From Octopus sinensis (taxonomy: Eukaryota): a DNA stretch of 64,000 nucleotides. The DNA lies in NCBI RefSeq assembly GCF_006345805.1, contig NC_043014.1, positions 37,014,001-37,078,000 of the forward strand, read 5' to 3'. The notes below the pieces were generated by a model. The model was given only the letters and a program-made list of their open reading frames with translations, was not told the DNA's origin and made no database searches. Shown in pieces: positions 27,318 to 39,300 of this stretch. The translations under genes and the position numbers were made by a program. Within the stretch, counting starts at the first letter, position 1, and each line of letters begins with the position of its first letter.

Positions 27318-30300
27318 TCTATATATATAAATAAATAGGATAAGATCGTTAATTTTAAAATAAATAACGATTTTATCAAGTGGTCAGCATGGAAAAAATA
27401 ACCTTCAGAGGTAATAATTATTAAAATTATAAATTAGGGTATCTACGAGATACCTCCATGCTGAAAATAGCAGCCATGATCTGACTCTAAAACGTGGTTT
27501 TAGAGTCAGATCATGGCTGCTATTTTCAGTATGGTGGTATCTCGTAGATACCCTAATTTATAATTTTAATAATTTATATATATATATATATAACGGGAAG
27601 CTTTATGAAAATAGACAAAAGACGAAGGCAGGTGGAAAACAAACAAACAATTATATATTTACTCATATATACATGCATACATATGGTGTGTGTGTATATA
27701 TACGTATGCATGTGTATATGTAGTGTGAGATAATTGTTTCACTTTTAATAGTTTCACTATGTATATATTGTATACATTTGAATGAAATCGGTTGGGTAGT
27801 TCTCAAGTTTTAGTGATGCACACATACAAACACATATTCTCAGTTTTATATATATACTTGCAGCATAGCCCGGCGTTGCCCGGGTATGTAAGAGCCCTTA
27901 GTAGGCAACGACTAATCCCAATCTAGTCCTTTCCCTCTAGGGAACGAAGGCGCATGTGTAGGTTGCAATGTCTTCTCTTCACTCCCAAATAAATATCAAA
28001 CAGCTATCGATAATTCAACCCAACCAATTCCTACCAGGAAGAAATTACATTCCCAGTGCGTTACTAGTACTTAATTTATCGACCCCGAAAGGATGAAAGG
28101 CAAAGTCGACCTTGGCGGAATTTGAACTCAGAATGTAACAGCAGACGAAATACGGCTACGCATTTCGCCCGGCGTGCTAATGATTCTGCCAGCTCGCCGC
28201 CGTCTCATAAACACATTCTACCAGTATACGAAGTTTAAAAGTGTTTAGTTAACTAGAAATTGTGTTGACATCTACCGTTCAAAAGGAAAAGATATATATA
28301 TAGTGTGTGTGTGCGATTGATAAGATAAGTACTAGACTTTAAAAAAAACTTTTAAATAAGTACTGGGCTCGATTCGTTCAACTACAGTTCTTGGCGGTGC
28401 CCCAGCGTGGCCAAAGTCGGATCTTTTCCTTTTGAACGGTAGATGTCAACACAATTTCTAGTTAACTAAACACTTTTAAACTTCGTATACTGGTAGAATG
28501 TGTTTATAGAACATCTTTTTCTCTTAGCTTTATTGGGAAAATTCTATAGTTTGTAAGATATTTTGTCTGAAAATCCAAGCATTTCGGCAATTTTAACCAA
28601 TCGATTACCTCCATTCAACTAAAATCATTTGCTGCGTCTAAAACTGAGACAACATCCTGTAACTAACCCTAAACCTCCCCCCTAACCCTAACTTTTTTTT
28701 CTTAATTGTTAAATTAATTTAATTCCATTGCTTTAGTTTTTTTACACGCATAACAATTAAATTAATTTAACAATTAATATAAAAAAATTTAGGGTTGGCG
28801 GGGGGGAGGTTGAGGGTTAGTGACAGGATGTTGTCTCAGTTTTAGATGCAGCAAATGATTTTAGCTCAATAGAGGGCATAGGATTGGTTAAAATTCGAAA
28901 AATTAAACTACGTTAAACAAACAAATTACAATTTTCTCAAGAAAGCCAAGAGAAAAAAATGTTTTATTTTGACACATTCTACCAGTATACGAAGTTTTAA
29001 AGTGTTTAGTTAACTAGAAATTGTCTGCCGTTCAAAAGGAAAAGATCCCCAAAGTCTAATGACTATAGCAAATAAAAGAATACACATACACACACACAGC
29101 TAATTGTGACATTACTGTTACAATTGGTTTCTCATTCTATGTTAAATTTATTCATATTCAATACTTGAAGGTGTGAAAACGCACACAGCCTTAATGTCAC
29201 TGCATAATGATTTCTCATGGAATACTTTCGTTAAACTACTTGAGGATGGGAGCTGTGGGAAGCTGCAACACTCCGGCTGATGCTTCTTGACAAAGGCATT
29301 GACTCAAAACTCGACTGTCAGTTTAAGTCAGATGAATTTTCCTTGCTATTTCACAGCACTGTTATTCATTGCATCAGATCTTGTATTCTAAAGAAGTGGG
29401 AATTACATTATAACAAATTTATATTCATAGGTAGAGTGAAGTTAATTTATTGGTGGTAACTATACATTCAGGGGATTTGTACCCTCTACTACAGGCAAGT
29501 AAAGTATCAGTTAATGCTATACCTAAGAGCATTAACATGGTAATTATAATGATAGGAAGTACCCCTGAAATTAGAATATAGACTGCTTTGGGTCATTATT
29601 AAGTTAGAATTACTCTCCTGCACACTTAGCTTATTGACAGCAAATAACCCCACTTTACATGTCTGATGGAATTAAGTTCCTTTTAATCCTTTTCCTTGCT
29701 TTGTACTTGAAATAATAAAATTGTTGATTATGTTTAGAGATGTAATTGTGACAAGTGCCAACATTGGAGGTTTAATATTGTTGATATTAGGCTTTAAAGG
29801 ATTATTTTATAGTAATTTTATAATCCTATTATGTGAATGATTATATGTTTATTTTATTATAATAATTATGAAGAGAGATAACTACTTTAAAATTTGATGG
29901 AATTATTTGAGATAATCAAATTAGAAATCACGTCTATTCAACTTTGCATTTCTTGACATAGATATATGAAGCTCTCTCTCTCTCACACACACACACCACT
30001 TTATTTTTTCTTGTGCTTACCTAATTTTATTGTTCTCAAAAAACCTGTTATATTCTTTCATTTACATATTTTACACACCATTGACCCTGAGGTTTGCCTA
30101 ACCTATTTATTCTTTGCGATACTTTAGTGCAGTAGATATTTTCTAGGAGTTAATATATACATAAAAATTGAGCTAGGAAAGTCAGATTAAGTTTGAAATA
30201 CACGGACTAGTTTGTCTGGGTTTCTTATTATAGGGTACTTATTTTTTTGTTTTTTGTTTTTTTCTTTAACAATATCTTTACAGCCTCATTCTTATGTTCA

Positions 30301-33300
30301 GTCTTGTCTGGATTGATCTTTTTTCTCTTTCTGTGTTCATTGATTTATTACTAAATACACTTGAATCGATTCAAACTATCTTAAAGTAAATGATTATGGG
30401 CCTTGAATTTATCATTATAATCATCACTATTATTAATATAAGTTGTACCAGTTAAAATTCAAGTTATCAATCTGGTTATATTAACCCTTTCGTTACCAAC
30501 CTGGCTGAAACTGGCTCTGGCTCTGAGTACAAATGTCTGGTTTCCATAAGTTTTGAATTAAAATCTTCCACCGAACCTTAGTCACATTTTATGTTCCTAA
30601 CACTAGCTTCATGATAACTAAGTTATTTTACTAAATTCTTTGTTATATTTAACCCTTTAGTATTCAGATTACTCTGTTAAATGTAATATTTTTTTACTCA
30701 AATTGTTTTGAATTAATCAAGCATTATCTTATAGCTTTGGGGTTTCAATGATGTGATTGTTTATTTTTAGAATGTCAATGTAGGTTAGGTGTGAGAGGTT
30801 AGATATCGCCAGTTTTAATATAAAACATATAGAATATTTGGGCCGGATATGGCTGGTTTAAACACTAAAGGTTTGAAGTAATTGAAAGAAACAGAGCATT
30901 TCAAAATAAATACAGTAACAAAAGGGTTAAGCAGTTAAGTCACTTTTTGATCATTTCCTGGTTGCTGACTTTGGCCATGCTGGGGCACCGCCAAGAACTG
31001 TAGTTGAACGAATTGAACCCAGTACTTATTTAAAAGTTTTTTTTAAAGTCTAGTACTTACTAGCTTGTAGCACATTTTGACAGTTATGTCTTTCTCCTGT
31101 TCCCTTTAGACATTTGTCTCTAGGTTTTTATGCTATATCATTATAACCTTTTTGTATTTAGCTGGCAACATTTTCCAAGCTTTTTATTGCAATGAAGCTC
31201 ACTGAAGCATATAATGAATGTACACTTGGGCCAAAGATTTTTCAACTTGAGTGACATCAGTTTGTGTCTAGTGATGCTGAAAAATTGTCAGATTCTCAAC
31301 AGTTAATCCATAAGTTTAGAAGATTAATGCAATAAAATCATTCTCATACTGTGCCAAGAAAGATTAACTCAACATACTTTTATATTAGTATAAAGACATC
31401 AGTATCATGAGGCAGCATAATTGAAAAGTAAAGGTTGAAAACATAGGAGGTTACTCTTGAGTATAGAAGGATGCATCATATGCTGTATTACTGTTATCCT
31501 GTTATAATTATCAAACGAAATTAGAGTGAATTCTTGCAGAACTACACCACAGATTTTTGTGTACAGTAGTAAAGATCTTTTCAACTTATGGTAATGTCTT
31601 TAGAACCTCATTAAGACATTAATTTTTGAAACCACATATATTTTGAAGTTATTTAATCCATCTATGAAGGTGGTGTTAAGGCCTCTATATTCTCTCTCTC
31701 TCCAAAGAAGACCAAGTGCCTGGCATGTTAGATTTTTCACTCATCCTCAACATTTCAATGTGCTTTACTTTTCTTTTGTGAACTTTTGTGGATTAACTTT
31801 CACCAACACAGACTACCGCAAGTTGCCTTGGATTCTGGATCCTACCCTTTTATTACAATATAACCTGCAACCTCTTTTCACTATGCCTAACTTAAAAACT
31901 TATACATACAGAGTATACACTATGAACACAGAAGGTATCTACTTTCCCTTTTTCCAGCCTGCTGTCACTCAACCTACATCTTTTCGCTGGCATCTTCACT
32001 GAAAGATGATTTGGTTGTCACATACACTTCATCAGCTTGTGCCTCCATCATCATCGTGTCATTCTACCCCATTTTGGACTCAGTTTTACCCTTCTAGCTC
32101 CTTACCAGAGACCTTGCCTTCTCCTTAATGTACTGGATATGTCCTTATTAGTTTTTTTACAGCGACTCATCTGTGACTCACAACATCCACTCTTGCTCCT
32201 TTCCTCTTGTTCTAATCAGATGCTTAACTTAGGGTAGTGCAAATTATTTTGGTCTTTGAAAGGGATGATGCTGGCTCAACATCCCTCCTCCGGGGCTCAC
32301 CACACTTTGTCAGTTCTCTTACTGGTGTGACATTGTCAAGAAGGCAGAGCAGCAGTGGTTTTTTCACATTGATCTCTACAGAGACAATGTCCTCTGTCAA
32401 CTTAGTGACTACCAGTTTTATCAAAAACTTCCAAGAAATAGTATCCTTGCAAACACAATGCTAATCTCTACTATGGCTCACCAGTTCAACTCCTTTGCAT
32501 TACATCCTGCTACCCCACACTCCCACTATGTACTTCTTCCCAAAAGTTGACAAGTCCAACACTCCCGACCAGCCATGCAGTTGGTTAGCAGGCTACTTAC
32601 CACACAGCCACTCTGGGCCTATATACACATATTTCTAAAAGAACAAATGCCTGAAATGCTGGTTGCTTTTTTTTTCTTGTACAAACTTTTATGACATAAC
32701 TTTTGCTGATGCAGTTTCCTCAAATTCCAGATCTTTCCTTAATGCATTTAATCAGTTAGTTGGTACTTATGGCTTTAAGAAACAAAATTATATTATGTAA
32801 CAGCATGGCCCAGGCCCATATACACTCTAAGGTGAATTCTTTTTTTCATGATTAACTTTGGCTTTGTTTAAGTTTTATCTGCCTAAGATTGGAATAAATA
32901 ACTGCCGATAATTTACTGGTCTTTATTCAGTAGATTGTTACCATACCTTTAATAATTATTGGTCTACTCTAAAAGGACTTATCAGCAGTGGATGGTGGAA
33001 TCAGTAAAAAGCTAAACAAAATTCTGTGTGGCATTTAGCTATTGCGCCTTGTGTTCTGAGTTCAAATCCTGCCGAAGTCCTCTTTACTTTTCATTTTTAC
33101 CTTGACTGATAGATACCTGTTATACATTGAAATTGCATTGAAAAAAATACCAGTTATCCATTGAAGCTGATTTAATAAACCATGCCCCACTTCTGCCAAA
33201 AAAATATGCGGTGAAAATAATGATTATTAGGCACAGGCATGGTCGTGTGGTAAGAGACCTACTACCCAACCATATGGTTCTGGGTTTCAGTCTCACTGCA

Positions 33301-36300
33301 TAGCACCTTGGGCAAGTGTCTTCCACTAAAGCCTCAGGCTGACCAAAGCTTTGCGAGTTGATTTGGTAAATTGAAACTTTTCGTTTTGTAGAAATCCTGA
33401 AAGGAAAACCAAAGATGCTCAGCTTCGAGCTGCAATGAACCAGCAACTGAAAGACAGTGGTGAAAGAGAAAAGTGAGTAATTATAGCAAATCCTTTTACT
33501 AGTGTCATTCATTTAATGGTGGCCATGCTGGAGCATTAATGTAAATGTTTTAATTATTAACCAGTTTAATAGTAGAATTGGCTTAATAATGAACTAGAGC
33601 AGTCAATATTGGAAACACTGTGAGAAGGAGTGTGGAATAGGAGTGAGTTTCTAGTAAGTTGCATACGCTGTCGAAATTGGACTCTTAGTTGAAGCAACAT
33701 GACAAAGGACTGAGATACCTGGCACCTTGCTGTATGTGGAAGCACATGGCCTAGTGGTTAGAGCAGCGGACTCGCGGTCGAGGGATTGCGGATTCGAATC
33801 TCAGACCGGGTGATGTGTGTGTTTATGAGCGAAACACCTAAGCTCCACGAGGCTCCAGCAGTAGGTAATGGCGAACTTCTGCTGACTCTTTCACCACAAC
33901 TTTCTCTCACCCGTTCCTCCTGCATCTTGCAGTTCACCTGCGATGGACCAGCGTCCCGTCCAGGTGGGGAACCTATACGCCAAGGAAACCAGGAAACCGG
34001 CCCTTATGAGCCAGGCATGGCTCAAGAAGGAGCAAACAACACCTTGCTGTGCTCATGAAGACCCATAATCCACAGCAGATGTGTCAAGGCTGCTCCCCCT
34101 GGTGAAGAAGACTGGCCTGCAAGATTCCTGCACCAGTGCCATGTAAAAAGCACACATGTCAGTACCATGTAATAGTGCTCATACAGTACCACGATAACTG
34201 CACTCAGCAGATTGTGTAAAGTGGTTGGCATTAGGAAGGGTATCCAGCCATAGAAACCAATCCAAACCAGACTGGAACTTGATGCAGCTCTTGGGCTTGC
34301 CAGCTCGGGTTAAACCAATAAGAACTGGGGTCAATCTGTTCAACTAAAACCTTTCAAGGCAGAGCCTCAGTATGGCTGCAGTCCAATGAATGAAACAAGT
34401 AAAAGATAAAAAGAAATGAGTTTTAGATGATTTGATCATTCAAGTTTGCAACACTCAGCTGTCAGTAGTTCTATATAATTCATAATTATTTCATATTCTT
34501 GCAGTACCCACTGGTATTCAGATTATTCTGTTAAATGTAATGCTTATTTATTCAATTGTTTTGAATTAATCAAGCATTATCTCATAGATTTGAGACTTTT
34601 GTGATGTGATTGCTTATTTTTAGAATGTTATTGTTGGGTAAATGTGATAGACCAGCTCTAGCTGGTTTGAACATAAAACAGGTAGAATATTTGGGCCAGA
34701 AATGGCCTGTTTAAATGCTAAAGGGTTAAAATGTGGAGAAGCACTTCCTTGAAGTCAATTACGTTAATCCTCCATTGAAGAACGCCTCTGACTAGATGTC
34801 AGGCAACTTTATTAATTACATAATAATTATCATTCATCTTCATTATTATTTAACAACCTTTTTTTCATACTGCTATGTGTTGGATGGTTTGAAATGAATA
34901 GACAGGCCACTCTGCAGGGTGGTTGGTTTTAGGAAGAACATCCATCTGTAAAAACTGTACCAAAACAGATACAGAAGTTTGGTGCAGTCTTCTACCTGGC
35001 CAGCTCCTGTCAAACCATCCAACCCATTGAACAATGATGATGAGACAAGCCAGAGGGCTGTGCCAAACTCCAGTGTCTGCTTTGGCATGGTTTCTACAGC
35101 TGGATGCCATTCCTAATACCAACCACTTCACAAAGTGAGTGTGTAGAGGGTGTTTTTTTTTTCTTTTTTATGGCACTAGCACTAGTGAGATCACCAAGTA
35201 CTTGCAAGACAAAACTCCCTCAACTAAGTGGGGTACAGTATTGAGGAATAAGAAAGCTAGATGGAGGGACAGGGGCCGATGTCTTGCAGAAGTGGTGCAT
35301 ACATGTCTTGCCCATCTGAAAAGAGAGAGAGAGAGAGATGCAAGGTCAAGGTACAAGGTGAATATCATCATCATCATCATCATAATTTAACATCCGTTTC
35401 TTATGCTGGCATGGGTTGGGCTGTTTGGCCAGAGCTGGCAAGTTGGAGAGCTGAACTAGGTTCCACTCTGATTTAGCATGGTTTCTATGGTTGGATACCC
35501 TTCCTAATGCCAACCACTTTACAGGATGAGCTGGGTGTCTTTTATGTATCACTAGTACAGATTTCTTTTGTGTTACCAGAACAAGTGCCTTTTACATATC
35601 ACCAGCACTAACCATGACAGGCTGCTACACAATTTCCATCTAACAAGTTCACTCACAAGGCAGTGGTTGACCCAAGTCTATAGTAGAAGACACATGTCCA
35701 AGGTGCCACATGCTTGCAAAATAAGCTTAACCACACAACAATCTAAATATGTCACTAAAATGGATGAAAATGTTTTACTTTTAAATTACACAACTTTAAA
35801 TTGAATTGCTTTAATTCATTATGATTTTCGTAATCTTAAAATACTTTTTTGTGTTTTGTGGGGTTTTCTTTGTTTTGTTTATTTATTGTCTAATTTGTCT
35901 TGAAGAAATCCTGAAAGGAAAGCCAAAGATGCTCAGCTTCGAGCTGTAATAAACCAGCAACTGATGGAGAGTGGTGAAAGAGAAAGGTAATTATGGCAAA
36001 CTCTTTTACTGGTTTCATTCATTTAATGGTGGCCATGCTGGAGCATTAATGTAAATGTTTTAATTATTAACCAGTTTAATAGTAGAATTGGCTTAATAAT
36101 GAACTAGAGCAGTCAATATTGGAAACACTGTGAGAAGGAGTGTGGAATAGGAGTGAGTTTCTAGTAAGTTGCATACACTATCGAAATTGGACTCTTAGTT
36201 GAAGCAACATGACAAAGGACTGAGATACCTGGCACCTTGCTGCACTCAAGAAGAACTATGCTTCCCCTGGCGAAGGGGATTGACCTGAAAGACTCCTGCA

Positions 36301-39300
36301 CCGGTGTCATGTAAAAAACACTGATGCTAGTGCTATGTAATAGTGCTCATGTAGTGCCACATTAACTGCACTCAGCACACTCTGTAAAGTGGTTGGCATT
36401 AGGAAGGGTATCCAGCCATAGAAACCAAGCCAAACCAGACTGGAACCTGGTGCAGCTCTTGGGCTTGCCAGCTCGGGTTAAACCAATAAGAACTGGGGTC
36501 AATCTGTTCAACTAAAACCCTTCAAGGCAGAGCCTCAGTATGGCTGCAGTCCAATGAATGAAACAAGTAAAAGATAAAAAGAAACGAGTTTTAAATGATT
36601 TGACCATTCAAACTATTTTTATAAATTCATTCAAGTTTGCAACCCTCAGCTGTCAGTAGTTCTATATAATTCATAATTATTTCATATTCTTGCAGTACCC
36701 ACTGGTATTCAGATTATTCTGTTAAACGTAATGCTTATTTATTCAATTGTTTTTTTTTTATGGCACCAGCACTAGCGAGTTTAGAAGATGAGTTGTTGGG
36801 GGAAGGTTTGACAGAACCTCACTGATGAGCTGGATTGGTCTTCCCGAGAACAGCATATCATCAGTCATCTTGGACCCCTTTCATCTCCTCCAAGTGGCTC
36901 ATCATCATTGTCAAAACAGATATTATAATTGTTTCAATAAGTGTGATTAATAGTCAGTCACTTGACTTTTCCTAATCAAATACATTCATTGAAGGTAATT
37001 TAATTTTGGTATCTCTTCTTTCTTAATAATTTCAGGTTAAAGGAGTTATTAAGAACTCGATTAATTGAATGTGGATGGAGGGACCAACTGAAAGCACATT
37101 GCAAAGGCTAGTATTACAGTGTAAATAATTACTTTTCATTCTTTCATGTTCATCTCCATTTCAGTGTTATAGATTGGTCGAGTCTTTAAGGCCTCAAATA
37201 AATGCCTTGTGGTATTTTATTTTAACTCTTTGTATTCTGAATTCAGATCCCTCCAAGATCAACATCGTCTCTTGTCTAAACAGGTTCAATAGTATAAAGT
37301 ACCAGAGGGCAGATGGGGAAACGTTCCTCCCTTTCTTACACAGAATCAGCTGCACTGCAATGCGAGGAATGAAGGGCCGTTCATAGCAGCCCTTTCCTCC
37401 AAGACAACCACTTCCACTTTATCTCAGAGTAAGAGTGTGGTCTCTCTGAGACTTTAGTAGAGTATGGCATATAATGGTGATGTGCTGCTATAATTTATTG
37501 CATGTGACACGTAAAAAGCACCCACTACACTCACGGAGTGGTTGGCGTTAGGAAGGGCATCCAGCTGTAGAAACACTGCCAGATCAGACTGGGCCTGGCG
37601 CAGCCTACTGGCTCCCCAGACCCCAGTTGAACTATCCAACCCATGCTAGCATGGAAAACGGACGTTAAACGATGATGATGATGATCTGTGTGCTCAGAAC
37701 TGCACAGAGACACATATTTGCACATGCGTTTAAAGTTGATAATTCACTCTGTTGCTGCTCTTGAGCGTCATTCAAATACTGCAGGTGACTAATTCAACTA
37801 AACTCCTTACTCAAAATGTTTGGCCTTGTTATTATGCAAGGAGGTAAGTTGGCTGGATTGTAGGAGCTTAGGATATTCAGTTATGGATCTTCTAAATTCA
37901 AACCCCACCTAGGTCAACTTAGCCTATCATTCCTTTTTTGTGGATTGATGAAATATAATAACAATCAATACAGGAGTTGATGTAATTGACTAAACCCCTC
38001 CTACCAAAATTGATGGTCTTATGCCTAAATTAGAAACAATTAAAGGTGGCAAGCTGGCAGAATGATTAGCATGCCAGACAAAAGGCTTAATGGTATTTTT
38101 TCTATATCTTAACATTCTGAATTCAAATGCCACCAAGGTCAACTTTGCCTTTCGTTCTTTCGGAGTCTATAAAATAAGTTCCAGTTGGGCACTGGAGTCA
38201 ATATAATCGACTTACCCTCTCCCACCAAAATTGATGGCCATGTGCCTAAATTAAAAACAATTACTGTCACTCAGTTGTTAGAGAATCGGGCTCACAATCA
38301 TGAAGTAGTGAGTTCAATTTGCGAACCAGGCTGTATAGTTGAGCAAGACACTTTATTTCACATTGCTCCAGTTCAATCTGTTGTAGAAATGAGTTGCGAT
38401 GTCAATGGTGCCAAGCTGTATCAGCCTGTGCCTTTCCCTTGGGTAACATCAGTGGCGTGGTGAGAGGAGGCTGGTATGCATGGGCGACTGCTGGTCTTCC
38501 ATAGACCATCTTGCTCAGATTTGTGCCTCGGAGGGAAACTTTCTAGGTGCAATCCCGTGGTCATTCATGACCAAAGGAAGTTTAACCCTTTACTATCATT
38601 ATTATTATAATTATCATTAGTTAGCAGAAATGCTAGAGTGCTAGGCAAAGGATGTTTTAATATTTGATTGTGATCCTCTGTGTTATACTTCAACTATAAC
38701 TTTCAATCATATCAGTACAATAAAATAAAATATCAGCTATACATTAATGTTGATTCAATTGATAAAACTCTTCTGTCATACATTTGAGACTACATTACAA
38801 TGTCAGAAATCAATGTTATATTGCAATTTATATCCTTATTTGTTTGTGTTCTTGTTTTTCAGACATAGTGAAGAAAAAAGGACTTGAATGTGTAACGGTT
38901 GATGATTTGGTCACACAGATAACACCAACTGGTCGAGGTATGTTTGTGTCTCTTCTGCTGCATCATAGTCATTCAGGAATGGCTGTGTGGTAAGTAGCTT
39001 GCCTACCAACCACATGGTTCCGGGTTCAGTCCCACTGCGTGGCACCTTGGGCAAGTGTCTTCTACTATAGCCTCAGGCCGACCAAAGCCTTGTGAGTGGA
39101 TTTGGTAGACGGAAACTGAAAGAAGCCCGTTGTATATATGTATGTATATATATATGTATGCGTGTGTGTCTGTGTCTGTCCCCCTAGCATTGCTTGACAA
39201 CCGATGCTGGTGTGTTTATGTCCCCGTCACTTAGCGGTTCGGCAAAAAGAGACCGATAGAATAAGTACTGGGCTTACAAAGAATAAGTCTTGGGGTCGAG

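Larger units (their letters stand above)
33390..36752 (+). repeat. Local segmental duplication (33390-34562 vs 35904-36752) containing ENY2 exon 2
   Basis: Direct alignment by eye. The offset is 2514 bp at the exon. Confidence 0.92.

Noticed and set aside
31940-32464. Overlapping short ORFs in ENY2 intron 1
   Set aside because: No homology recognised and no consistent splice sites. Likely an old TE remnant.
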